A stretch of DNA of 64,000 nt from Clostridia bacterium (GTDB taxonomy: Bacteria; Bacillota; Clostridia; Oscillospirales; CAG-272), in NCBI GenBank assembly GCA_017464565.1, contig JAFTZH010000035.1, positions 149,781 to 213,780 of the forward strand, in the 5' to 3' direction. The notes under the pieces were generated by a model. It was not told where the DNA came from and ran no database searches. It saw nothing but the letters and a program-made list of their open reading frames with translations. Each line of letters begins with the position of its first letter. The first letter of the stretch is position 1. The position numbers and the translations under genes were made by a program. This document shows positions 26,257 through 34,876 of the stretch, one piece after another.

Positions 26257-27999
26257 TCACAGACCGCGCTTGATATAGCTGGTATGAAGTATCTCGTGAG
26301 CCTTATGGCTGTTGGGCTCGCCAAAGTACTCATCGTAGAGCTTCTTAACTGCGGAGTTCTCGTGAGACTTTCTTACGTCAGACGTAATATCGTCGTTATA
26401 AAGAACCGCGGCACGAACCTTACGGAGATCGATAGCCATTCTTACGTCAGCGGGCTGGATAGGCTGACCGCCGCCGTTTACGCAACCGCCGGGACAAGCC
26501 ATAATCTCAATAAACTGAACGTCAAGCTCTCCTGCCTTAACCGCTTCAAGAACCTTTTTAGCGTTAGCCGTTCCCGAAGCGACGGCAACGTTGAGGTTAA
26601 TATCGCCAAGCTTATAGGAAGCAAGCTTAACTCCTTCAACTCCTCGAACCTCATCAAATTCAAGCTTTTCAAGAGGCTTGCCTTCGATAACCTCGGCTGC
26701 TGTACGGAGAGCTGCCTCCATAACGCCGCCGGTTGCTCCGAAGATAGCGCCCGCACCCGAACCGATATCGAACGGATTGTCAAACGGCTCGTCTGCGAGA
26801 GCCTTAAAGTTGATACCCGCAGTGCTAATCATCTTACCGACCTCACGAGTCGTGATAGCAACGTCAACGTCGGGTACGCCTGCCGCAGCCTGATTGGGTC
26901 TGCCTACCTCAAACTTCTTCGCGGTACAAGGAATTGCCGAAACGAAGAATATATCTTTAGGATCCCAGCCCATCTTTTCAGCGTAATAGGTCTTTACAAC
27001 CGCGCCGAACATCTGTTGAGGAGACTTACAGGTAGAAAGATTATCAACGAACTCGGGATAGTAGTGCTCGCAGTACTTTATCCAACCGGGTGAGCAAGAT
27101 GTAATCATAGGAAGAACGCCGCCGTTCTTAACTCTTCCGATGAACTCGGTAGCCTCCTCCATAATGGTGAGGTCTGCGGAGAGATTCATATCGTAAACGC
27201 CGTCAAAGCCAAGACGCTTAAGAGCGGCAACCATCTTACCCTCGCAGTCTGTTCCGGGCTCGTATCCAAAGCACTCACCTATCTGCGCGCGCACCGAAGG
27301 AGCGGTACATATAAATACGTGCTTCGTAGGATCGGCAAGAGCCTCTCTTACCTTGTCGGTATCGTCGCGCTCGTAGATAGCGCCTACGGGACAGGATACG
27401 ATACACTGTCCGCAATTTACGCAGGACGTGTCGGCAAGCTTCATTTCGAACGCTGAAGCGATATGCGTATCAAATCCACGGTCGTTAGCTCCTATAACTC
27501 CGATTTCCTGAACGTTCTTACAAGCCGCTACGCAGCGACGGCAAAGAATACATTTGTTGTTATCACGAATGATGGGAGAAGCGTCGTCGATAGCGTACTC
27601 GATTCTCTCGCCCTTAAATCTGCTCTCGTCAACACCGTACTCAAGGCAGAGCTTCTGAAGCTCGCAGGTGGTGCTGCGTACACAGGAAAGACATTTCTTT
27701 TCGTGAGTAGAAAGAACGAGCTCAAGGTTCGTCTTTCTCGACTGCATAATCTTGGGGGTATTGGTCAGAATAGACATACCCTCGGTAACGGGATATACGC
27801 AAGCCGTTACCATTCTGTAAGGCTTTCCGCCCTCGGATACCTCAACGAGACACAGACGGCAAGCGCCTATCTCGTTGATATCTTTAAGATAGCAAAGCGT
27901 AGGGATATCTATGTTAGCAGCCTTTGCAGCCTCAAGAACTGTGGATCCCTTCGGCACGGCGTAGTCTACGCCGTTAATTTTAACGTTAATTGTTTCCAT
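26257..27999 (-). CDS. hydA: [FeFe]-hydrogenase catalytic subunit (HydA/HndD type, multi-FeS N-terminus)
   Basis: N-terminal 2Fe-2S (CRLCLVEV), ferredoxin-type CxxCxxCxxxCP pairs. H-cluster motifs L1 TSCSPGW (variant), L2 IPCTAKKFE, L3 EIMACPGGCVNGGGQP. ATG 27999 (AAAGGAGAA 8 nt upstream) is preferred over the track's GTG 28005. Confidence 0.9.
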   Translation of the reverse strand: METINVKINGVDYAVPKGSTVLEAAKAANIDIPTLCYLKDINEIGACRLCLVEVSEGGKPYRMVTACVYPVTEGMSILTNTPKIMQSRKTNLELVLSTHEKKCLSCVRSTTCELQKLCLEYGVDESRFKGERIEYAIDDASPIIRDNNKCILCRRCVAACKNVQEIGVIGANDRGFDTHIASAFEMKLADTSCVNCGQCIVSCPVGAIYERDDTDKVREALADPTKHVFICTAPSVRAQIGECFGYEPGTDCEGKMVAALKRLGFDGVYDMNLSADLTIMEEATEFIGRVKNGGVLPMITSCSPGWIKYCEHYYPEFVDNLSTCKSPQQMFGAVVKTYYAEKMGWDPKDIFFVSAIPCTAKKFEVGRPNQAAAGVPDVDVAITTREVGKMISTAGINFKALADEPFDNPFDIGSGAGAIFGATGGVMEAALRTAAEVIEGKPLEKLEFDEVRGVEGVKLASYKLGDINLNVAVASGTANAKKVLEAVKAGELDVQFIEIMACPGGCVNGGGQPIQPADVRMAIDLRKVRAAVLYNDDITSDVRKSHENSAVKKLYDEYFGEPNSHKAHEILHTSYIKRGL

Positions 28000-28017
28000 C
28001 TCCACTGTTCTCCTTTC

Positions 28018-29814
28018 TTATTCCTTAATAATTGCGTTAAACTTACAGGTTGCGATACAAGCTCCGCACTTGATACATTTAACGGTATCAATAGTGTGAG
28101 GATTCTTGACGGTACCCGAGATAGCACCAACGGGACATTTTCTCGCGCATGCGGTACAACCCTTACATTTATCCTCGATAATCTTGTACTGAAGCAAGCT
28201 CTTACATACGCCCGCAGGACATTTCTTATCGACGATATGAGCAACGTATTCGTCTCTGAAGTAACGAAGCGTGGAAAGAACGGGGTTAGGAGCCGTCTGT
28301 CCAAGTCCGCAGAGAGATGCGCTCTTGATATAGTTGGAAAGCTCCTCAAGTCTGTCGAGGTCTTCCATTTCTCCGTTTCCGGAAATTATCTTGTCGAGTA
28401 TCTCAAGAAGTCTTCTCGTACCTACACGACAAGGAGTACATTTACCGCACGACTCGTCAACGGTAAAGTCAAGGAAGAAGCGGGCAAGGTCAACCATACA
28501 GGTATCCTCGTCCATAACTATAAGTCCGCCCGAACCCATCATAGAGCCGATAGCGATAAGGTTATCGTAGTCGATAGGAGTATCTATGAGAGACGCGGGG
28601 ATACATCCGCCCGAAGGTCCGCCCGTCTGAGCCGCTTTGAAGGTCTTACCGTTAGGTATTCCTCCGCCAATCTCCTCGATAACCTCGCGGAGCGTCGTTC
28701 CCATAGGAACCTCAACAAGTCCCGTATTGGTAATCTTTCCGCCGAGAGCGAATACTTTGGTTCCCTTCGATTTTTCGGTTCCCATTGACTTGAACCAATC
28801 GGCACCATTAAGAATTATCTGAGGAATGTTTGCATATGTCTCAACGTTGTTGAGGACAGTAGGCTGTCCGAAAAGTCCCTTAACCGCGGGGAAAGGAGGA
28901 CGGGGACGAGGCTCACCTCTGTTACCCTCAATAGAGGTCATAAGAGCAGTCTCCTCACCGCAGACGAATGCGCCCGCGCCGAAACGGATGAACATATCGA
29001 AATCAAATCCCGTACCGAATATATCTTTTCCGAGAAGTCCGTATTCACGAGCCTGCTTTATAGCAATCTCAAGACGATGTATTGCTATCGGGTACTCCGC
29101 GCGAACGTAAACGTAACCCTCGTTAGCACCGATAGCGTACGCAGCGATAGCCATAGCCTCGATTACTGCGTGGGGGTCTCCCTCAAGTATAGAACGGTCC
29201 ATAAACGCTCCGGGGTCTCCCTCGTCGGCGTTACAAGCAACGTATTTTACAACGTTTCCACGGTTGCCCGATGCGAATTTCCACTTAAGTCCCGTGGGGA
29301 ATCCTCCGCCTCCGCGTCCGCGAAGACCGGAATCGAGAATAGTCTGGATAACGTCGTCGGGCGTCATTTCGGTAAGAACCTTACCGAGAGCCTGATATCC
29401 GTCCATAGCTATGTACTCGTCGATGTTTTCGGGGTTGATTACACCGCAGTTACGAAGAGCAACTCTCTTCTGCTTTTTGTAGAAAGAGGTTTCGGAGAGA
29501 GAGGTAGCGTGATGAAGATCCTCGGACTTCGTTTCGTGATAGATAAGTCTTTCTACGGGACGGCCCTTAAGGAAATGCTCCTCAACTATCTCGGGAACGT
29601 CCTCAACCTTAACGCAGCTGTAAAAAGTTCCCTCGGGATAAACAATCATAATCGGTCCGAGCGCGCAAAGTCCGAAACAACCCGTTCCTACAACCTTGAT
29701 CTCGTCTGCCAGACCTTTTGCGGCAAGCTCGGCGTTCATAGCGTCAAGTATCTTTACGCTTCCCGACGAGGTACATCCTGTACCGCCGCAAATCAATACG
29801 TGTGATCTTATCAT
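28018..29814 (-). CDS. hydB: NuoF-like NAD(P)H-binding flavoprotein subunit of hydrogenase (HydB/HndC)
   Basis: 598 aa. FMN/NADH block GLRGRGGGGFPTGLKW, N3-cluster ESCGKCTPCR, C-terminal 2x[4Fe-4S] (CKGCTACARKCP; CIKCGACIATC), N-terminal thioredoxin-like 2Fe-2S. Confidence 0.9.
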   Translation of the reverse strand: MIRSHVLICGGTGCTSSGSVKILDAMNAELAAKGLADEIKVVGTGCFGLCALGPIMIVYPEGTFYSCVKVEDVPEIVEEHFLKGRPVERLIYHETKSEDLHHATSLSETSFYKKQKRVALRNCGVINPENIDEYIAMDGYQALGKVLTEMTPDDVIQTILDSGLRGRGGGGFPTGLKWKFASGNRGNVVKYVACNADEGDPGAFMDRSILEGDPHAVIEAMAIAAYAIGANEGYVYVRAEYPIAIHRLEIAIKQAREYGLLGKDIFGTGFDFDMFIRFGAGAFVCGEETALMTSIEGNRGEPRPRPPFPAVKGLFGQPTVLNNVETYANIPQIILNGADWFKSMGTEKSKGTKVFALGGKITNTGLVEVPMGTTLREVIEEIGGGIPNGKTFKAAQTGGPSGGCIPASLIDTPIDYDNLIAIGSMMGSGGLIVMDEDTCMVDLARFFLDFTVDESCGKCTPCRVGTRRLLEILDKIISGNGEMEDLDRLEELSNYIKSASLCGLGQTAPNPVLSTLRYFRDEYVAHIVDKKCPAGVCKSLLQYKIIEDKCKGCTACARKCPVGAISGTVKNPHTIDTVKCIKCGACIATCKFNAIIKE

Positions 29815-29844
29815 TTTTCGTTTCCTTTCATCAAATAATCAATC

Positions 29845-30213
29845 TTATTTTATTGCGCCGATAGTATATTCGGTAACGACGCTGCCGCCCTTGAGATGCT
29901 TTTCGACTATTTCTGCCGCTTTAGCCGCGTCAACCTTTACGTAGGTAACCTTTTCCTTGCCCTCTTCGTAGACCTCAACAACGGGCTCGTACTGACAAAT
30001 TCCGATACATCCGGTCTGCGTTACGGTAACCTTGTCGAGAAGTCCTGCCTTCTCTACTCCCTCAACGAACGCCGAGAGAACGGGTCTCGCTCCCGCCGCT
30101 ATTCCGCAGGTAGCCATTCCAACGACTACTCTTGTGCTTGCGGTGCCTTCGCGTACTATAACGTTGTTCTGCATTCTTTCCCTGATTGCAGCAAGTTCCG
30201 CTAATGTTTTCAT
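29845..30213 (-). CDS. thioredoxin-like [2Fe-2S] ferredoxin subunit (HndB-type)
   Basis: 122 aa. MATCGIAAGA ... GCIGICQYEP pattern. Confidence 0.75.
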   Translation of the reverse strand: MKTLAELAAIRERMQNNVIVREGTASTRVVVGMATCGIAAGARPVLSAFVEGVEKAGLLDKVTVTQTGCIGICQYEPVVEVYEEGKEKVTYVKVDAAKAAEIVEKHLKGGSVVTEYTIGAIK

Positions 30214-30254
30214 TTAGTTTCCTCCATATATAATTCTTTAATTACTATCTTGGT

Positions 30255-30818
30255 TTATTTTTGCAAATTACCTTTGCGTTCTTTATACTGCTCCGTGAGA
30301 TAATCCCGTATCCACGCTATTATCTCAGGCTCTCCGAGAGATATACCGTCTCCCAGAACCGCCTTAAGCTCTGACGTATCGAGAAACACCGTTCCGTCGG
30401 GGGTAATGTCTTTAAATACGAAGCGTATATCGGGGCTTCCCGATATCAGCACGCATATCGTTGATACGATATCTCCAAGCGGCATAAAATCTATGCTTTT
30501 GGTATCAAACGCGGCAGAGAGCGTCGTTCCGCTTTTTCCCGCTTCGGTAGAGGATTCTATTTTAAGATATCCTCCCGTCTGCTCTGCCGCAAGCTTAAGA
30601 AGCGGCAATCCCATTCCGACCTTTCTGGTCGTTCGGGTGGTATAAAAGGGGTCGGTAACCCGTCTCACTACCTCCTCGCTCATTCCGCACCCGTTATCCT
30701 CAAGAGAAAAAACGAGCATACCATCGGGTGAGGTTTCGAGCGTTATCCGTATCGTATCGGCTCCCGCCGTAACGGAATTTTTTGTAACGTCAAGTATATT
30801 CAGAGACAGCTCTTTCAT
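30255..30818 (-). CDS. stand-alone GHKL/HATPase_c ATP-binding protein embedded between hydrogenase structural genes
   Basis: 187 aa. LNILDVTKNSV (N-box-like), LEDNGCGM (G1), GMGLPLL (G2). Confidence 0.7.
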   Translation of the reverse strand: MKELSLNILDVTKNSVTAGADTIRITLETSPDGMLVFSLEDNGCGMSEEVVRRVTDPFYTTRTTRKVGMGLPLLKLAAEQTGGYLKIESSTEAGKSGTTLSAAFDTKSIDFMPLGDIVSTICVLISGSPDIRFVFKDITPDGTVFLDTSELKAVLGDGISLGEPEIIAWIRDYLTEQYKERKGNLQK

Positions 30819-30823
30819 TTGAA

Positions 30824-31318
30824 TTATTTGTATTTCGCGAGAATACCGTCTACGTCGTTCTTCGTGAGCTTACCGTAAACCTCGTTGTTAACCGTGAGTA
30901 CGGGAGCCAGTCCGCAAGCGCCTATACATCTGGTTGCTTCAAGCGAATACTTTCCGTCGGGCGTGGTAGAACCTGCGGGCAAGCCGAGAACCTCTACTAT
31001 TCTGTCCAGAATATCGCCGCTTCCCTTTACGTAGCAAGCTGTTCCGAGACATACTCCGATAGATATCTCTCCCTTCGGATTGAGCGCAAACTGAGAGTAG
31101 AAGGTGGATACTCCGTAAACCTCTTCAAGAGAAACTCCCATATGCGTAGCGATGATTTTCTGTACTTCTATCGGCAGATATCCGTAGATTTCCTGTGCCT
31201 GCTGAAGAACGGGCATCATCGCGCCCGGTGTACCGCGGAGACTCTCGATAACAGCGATAAGCTGTTCTTCCTGAGCCTTTGTACCACGGAACGTAACTGT
31301 GGTCAAATTCTTTTTCAT
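30824..31318 (-). CDS. hydC: NuoE-like [2Fe-2S] subunit of hydrogenase (HydC/HndA)
   Basis: 164 aa. CLGTACYVKG ... CIGACGLAP cluster motif. Confidence 0.88.
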   Translation of the reverse strand: MKKNLTTVTFRGTKAQEEQLIAVIESLRGTPGAMMPVLQQAQEIYGYLPIEVQKIIATHMGVSLEEVYGVSTFYSQFALNPKGEISIGVCLGTACYVKGSGDILDRIVEVLGLPAGSTTPDGKYSLEATRCIGACGLAPVLTVNNEVYGKLTKNDVDGILAKYK

Positions 31319-31382
31319 ACCGAAAAAAATCCTCCATTTTGTTTTTTATATTAATTTATTTTTATAATAAATTACGAATTAA

Positions 31383-32117
31383 TTATCTGCCTGCGAGCAT
31401 TTCAAAAAATTTGCGGCGCACGTTTGCCGAGCTGTAAGGCTCGTCGTCTATCTCAAAGTAATTCTCCGCAAGATTGATATCCCACAGGTGATGCGCGTCG
31501 GAGCACACCAAGTGCGAGAGTCCCGAAAGCGACGGATACCTGTGAAAATATTCATCCGCGTTTTTCCCGTCGTTGAACTCGACGAAATTAAATCCGTACT
31601 CTGCGGGAATGTCGCCGAGTATCGCCACGATACCGTTTGAGGTACGGTCGATATGCGCGGGACGGACGTGCGCTCCGTAGGATCTCGCCAGCGCTATCGC
31701 GTCAGACGCCCAAAGATCGGTAGCCGTTATAAGCAGCTTATCCTCAATTCCCATCTGTTCGTCCTCGCCGTTAAGTACGAGCTGATTTCCGAATATCTCG
31801 GGACGGTTCTTTATATCGGGAAGATGCTTTTTTATCTCCGCATCAAACGCCATAGCAGAATCAAGCTCGGGAAAAAGACACACGAAATGAATATCCTCCG
31901 CGCTTGAAAGCTCCATTCCCGCAATCGCGACAAGACCGTATCTCTTACACGCCTCAAAGAATGCGGGACAGTTCTTACAGCTGTTATGGTCTGTCAGCGC
32001 GACTATATTAAGTCCGTTAAGCGCCGCCATTCCCGCGATATTGTTAGGCGTCATATCGTCGTCTCCGCAGGGGGACAGACAGGAATGAATATGAAGATCG
32101 TAATAATACTTATTCAT
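31383..32117 (-). CDS. PHP-domain phosphoesterase
   Basis: YYDLHIHS...LTDHN...RPAHIDR metal-ligand pattern. Start moved to ATG 32117, which forms an ATGA overlap with the upstream gene stop (track start 32141). Confidence 0.75.
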   Translation of the reverse strand: MNKYYYDLHIHSCLSPCGDDDMTPNNIAGMAALNGLNIVALTDHNSCKNCPAFFEACKRYGLVAIAGMELSSAEDIHFVCLFPELDSAMAFDAEIKKHLPDIKNRPEIFGNQLVLNGEDEQMGIEDKLLITATDLWASDAIALARSYGAHVRPAHIDRTSNGIVAILGDIPAEYGFNFVEFNDGKNADEYFHRYPSLSGLSHLVCSDAHHLWDINLAENYFEIDDEPYSSANVRRKFFEMLAGR

Positions 32118-32440
32118 ATCAGCGAGGCTATCTCGGCACAAAGCCGAAAGACATTCTTTCCGCTCCGCAGAACGTTAACGCCCTGCACTTCGGCTCTTTC
32201 CCTCACTCCGTCGTCAAGCTCAACGCCCTCCGCAAGAAGTATGCAGGCGGGATCTGCAAGCGAGGCTACCGCGACTATATTGAGATTTGACATAATGGTA
32301 ACCCATACGTCTCCCGACGACGCGCGCCCCATTACCCAGCTCAAAAGGTCTCCCGCATATCCTCCGAGAATATCCCTTTCAGGCTCGGGCATACATACTG
32401 CCTCATATCCCGTTTTTTCGCAAAGTTCCTTTACGGTCAA
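32114..32440 (-). CDS. DRTGG-like small domain protein
   Basis: 108 aa. TTG start with GAGGTGA RBS. Size and sequence style match DRTGG-domain proteins found in hydrogenase regulatory loci. Confidence 0.5.
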   Translation of the reverse strand: MTVKELCEKTGYEAVCMPEPERDILGGYAGDLLSWVMGRASSGDVWVTIMSNLNIVAVASLADPACILLAEGVELDDGVRERAEVQGVNVLRSGKNVFRLCAEIASLI

Positions 32441-32462
32441 GGCTTATCACCTCGTTTCAGCG

Positions 32463-33737
32463 TTAATCGTTTTCGGCGTCTCCGCCCGCGCGGCTCTCAC
32501 GGAGCCGAATAAGGCAGTCGGTCTCGTCCGCCTCTTTGTTTATAATATCCTCCGCAAGCGCGTGGCAGTTCGGCGCTCCGCACGAACCGCAGTCTATCTT
32601 GGGAAGCCGTTTGTATATATCTTCTGTTTCCGACATTCTCTTTATTGCTTCGAGTCTGTCGAAGGAAATATTCTGTGAATAGCTGTCTGCTATCTTCTCG
32701 TCGAGCATTACGTCAGACGGCAGCTCGTCTCCTCCGTTTTCGATACGGTTTCTCGAAACGGGAAGATACTTTCGCAAGGATCTCAGCCTTGCCTTTGCTA
32801 TGTAAGGATTTTCCACATTCAGCGCTCCTCCCACACAGCCTCCGTTGCAGGCGTTAAGCTCTATAAACTCAAGGTTGTGGATAGTTCCGTTGTCTATCTG
32901 GTCGAGAACCTTTATGCAATTTTCGATTCCGTCCGCCGCAAGATATTTGTCGGAGAAAAGCGAGGTAGCTTCTCCGCCCGTTCCCGCCCAATTGAGTCCT
33001 ATAATACCCGATTTGGAGAGAGGAAGCGGATTTTTTATCTCCTTGCGCTTTGCTCTTATCTTAAAGTACATATCGTTTACCGACAGCGCCCCGTTAACCG
33101 CCGAGCTTGCGACTCCGAGCGGATTTTTGACGTAGCTCACCTTGGCGGGACACGGGGATATAAACAATACGCATATATCGGAATCGGTAAGCTCGGGATT
33201 ATCTTTCAGTGCCTCGCTCCGAGCTATTCTCGCCGCGTATTCTATCGGAGGCATAATCGGAAGCAGGTTTTCGCACAGATACGAAAATCTCAAGCTGATG
33301 AGCCTCACTATCGCGGGACAGGCAGAGCTGATAACCGGCTTTACTATATCGTCTCTTTTGAGATACCTTCTCGTATACTCGGTAATCATTTCCGCCGCGC
33401 GTGAAACCTCAAACACGGCGTCAAATCCGCATTCAAGCAGAGCCGTAAGTATCTCGTCAACGTCCTCAAGCTCCTCAAACTGCCCGTAAAGCGCGGGTGC
33501 GGGAAGTGCTATTTTATATTTATATGAAGCAAAATCCTCAAGAACGTCGTAGGTAGCCTTTTTTGCCTGATAGGGACAGAGTCTTATACATTCGCCGCAG
33601 TCTATACATTTATCCTCTTTGATAGTAGCGTGTCCGTCGCGGACGCGTATAGCCTCGGTCGGACATCTCTTTATACAGTTCGTACAGCCCTTACAGCGCG
33701 ATACGTCCAGTGTAACGGAATGTTTTTTTATTGACAT
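32463..33737 (-). CDS. [FeFe]-hydrogenase-like putative sensory protein (HydS/HfsB-like)
   Basis: 424 aa. N-terminal 2x[4Fe-4S] (CKGCTNCIKRCP; CIDCGECIRLCP). Degenerate H-cluster motifs SSACPAIV / SPCPAKVSY / ELNACNGGCVGGALN. C-terminal extra Cys cluster CGSCGAPNCHALAED...C. Confidence 0.75.
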   Translation of the reverse strand: MSIKKHSVTLDVSRCKGCTNCIKRCPTEAIRVRDGHATIKEDKCIDCGECIRLCPYQAKKATYDVLEDFASYKYKIALPAPALYGQFEELEDVDEILTALLECGFDAVFEVSRAAEMITEYTRRYLKRDDIVKPVISSACPAIVRLISLRFSYLCENLLPIMPPIEYAARIARSEALKDNPELTDSDICVLFISPCPAKVSYVKNPLGVASSAVNGALSVNDMYFKIRAKRKEIKNPLPLSKSGIIGLNWAGTGGEATSLFSDKYLAADGIENCIKVLDQIDNGTIHNLEFIELNACNGGCVGGALNVENPYIAKARLRSLRKYLPVSRNRIENGGDELPSDVMLDEKIADSYSQNISFDRLEAIKRMSETEDIYKRLPKIDCGSCGAPNCHALAEDIINKEADETDCLIRLRESRAGGDAEND

Positions 33738-33762
33738 TGCTGCCTCTTTTCCGAGCGCGGAC

Positions 33763-34185
33763 TCAAACGTTCACCGTCATATATATCGTCGTTCCCCGTC
33801 CGACCTCTGATTCGATTCTCATATCATCTGTGTAACGCTTCATATTGGGAAGTCCCATACCCGCTCCGAATCCGAGAGAACGGATATTGTCGGGAGCCGT
33901 CGAGTAGCCCTCCTGCATAGCGAGTCTTACGTCGGCAATACCGGGACCGTTATCTTTAAGCACTATCTCTATTCTGTCGCAGAAAACATTTACGTCGGCG
34001 GTTCCGCCGTTTGCGTGAATAACCATATTGATCTCACCCTCGTACATAGCGACCGAAACCCTTCGTATCACGTCGGGAGAAAACTCCATCTGACGCAAAA
34101 GCTTCTTTATCATAACCGAGGCTTCTCCGGCGGAGGTAAAATTATCTCCGTCTATATCAAAATGAAAATTTACGCTGTCAGCCAT
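33763..34185 (-). CDS. SpoIIAB-like anti-sigma/serine kinase-type HATPase protein
   Basis: 140 aa. EGEINMVIHA, LKDNGPGI, GFGAGMGLPNMKRY. Confidence 0.7.
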   Translation of the reverse strand: MADSVNFHFDIDGDNFTSAGEASVMIKKLLRQMEFSPDVIRRVSVAMYEGEINMVIHANGGTADVNVFCDRIEIVLKDNGPGIADVRLAMQEGYSTAPDNIRSLGFGAGMGLPNMKRYTDDMRIESEVGRGTTIYMTVNV

Positions 34186-34534
34186 TTAAGAAGCTCCCTC
34201 CCGAAAGTCCGCATTGATAAAGCATTCCGCAGGCGACGTACATTCTCTCGTTCGTGGCAAGCACTACGATACCCGCTTCGTCGGCAAGCTCAATAACCTC
34301 TCTCGGAGGGATTTTGCCTCTGACGAAAACGATGCACCTCATATCCATCATTTCGGCAGTTCTTACCACCTGAGGATTACAGAGTCCCGTTATCAATACT
34401 GCCTGCTCCTTGACGAAAGCGAGAACGTCGCTCATCATATCGCAGCCGCAGGCGGAATGAACCTCTCCGTCAAGATTTTCCTCTCCGCAGAGCACCTCTG
34501 CCTCAAGCAATTCAGCTATTCTTCTGATCTTCAT
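34178..34534 (-). CDS. DRTGG-domain protein (first gene of the hydrogenase regulatory/structural operon)
   Basis: 118 aa. GGAGGGG RBS. 8-nt overlap with the next gene. Confidence 0.55.
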   Translation of the reverse strand: MKIRRIAELLEAEVLCGEENLDGEVHSACGCDMMSDVLAFVKEQAVLITGLCNPQVVRTAEMMDMRCIVFVRGKIPPREVIELADEAGIVVLATNERMYVACGMLYQCGLSGGSFLNG

Positions 34535-34734
34535 AGCCCCTCCACATATACGGAAAATCCGTACTTCACGAAATTTGAGTCTCGGCTAAAGCCTTCTGAT
34601 ATCGCAGAAATAAGCCGTGAGTTAGTCAGTTTTTTAACGATCTTCGTTAAAAAACCCGCACGGCATTTAAAACCGAAGCCTTTTGAGAATCGGTCATATA
34701 TTTTAGCCGAGATAAAACGGTCAAGCCCCGCCAT
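34531..34734 (-). CDS. questionable 67-codon ORF inside the 5' leader of the hydrogenase operon
   Basis: Ends in an ATGA overlap with the DRTGG gene start, but has no SD sequence and a basic, unremarkable composition. It may simply be leader RNA. Confidence 0.2.
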   Translation of the reverse strand: MAGLDRFISAKIYDRFSKGFGFKCRAGFLTKIVKKLTNSRLISAISEGFSRDSNFVKYGFSVYVEGL

Positions 34735-34775
34735 AAATCTCGGTCAGACATAAGACAGCTATCTTACGCTCTTTT

Positions 34776-34804
34776 ATTATACTATAAAATACTCGAAATG
34801 TCTA
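34776..34804 (-). promoter_or_regulatory. sigma-A promoter of the hydrogenase operon
   Basis: Minus strand TAGACA (34804-34799), 17-nt spacer, TATAAT (34781-34776). Leaves a ~235-nt leader. Confidence 0.55.
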
Positions 34805-34876
34805 TACATTTTTATAATTTTTTGTCGATTGGCAAAAAAATTATTTATTTTCCAATCGTTTTCAAAAATAGCTATA

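Noticed and set aside
27463-28788. 441-aa plus-strand ORF spanning the hydA/hydB junction on the opposite strand (also 26284-27093 and 29077-29805)
   Set aside because: Antisense to two strongly conserved hydrogenase subunits and crosses their intergenic gap. The composition is typical of antisense frames.
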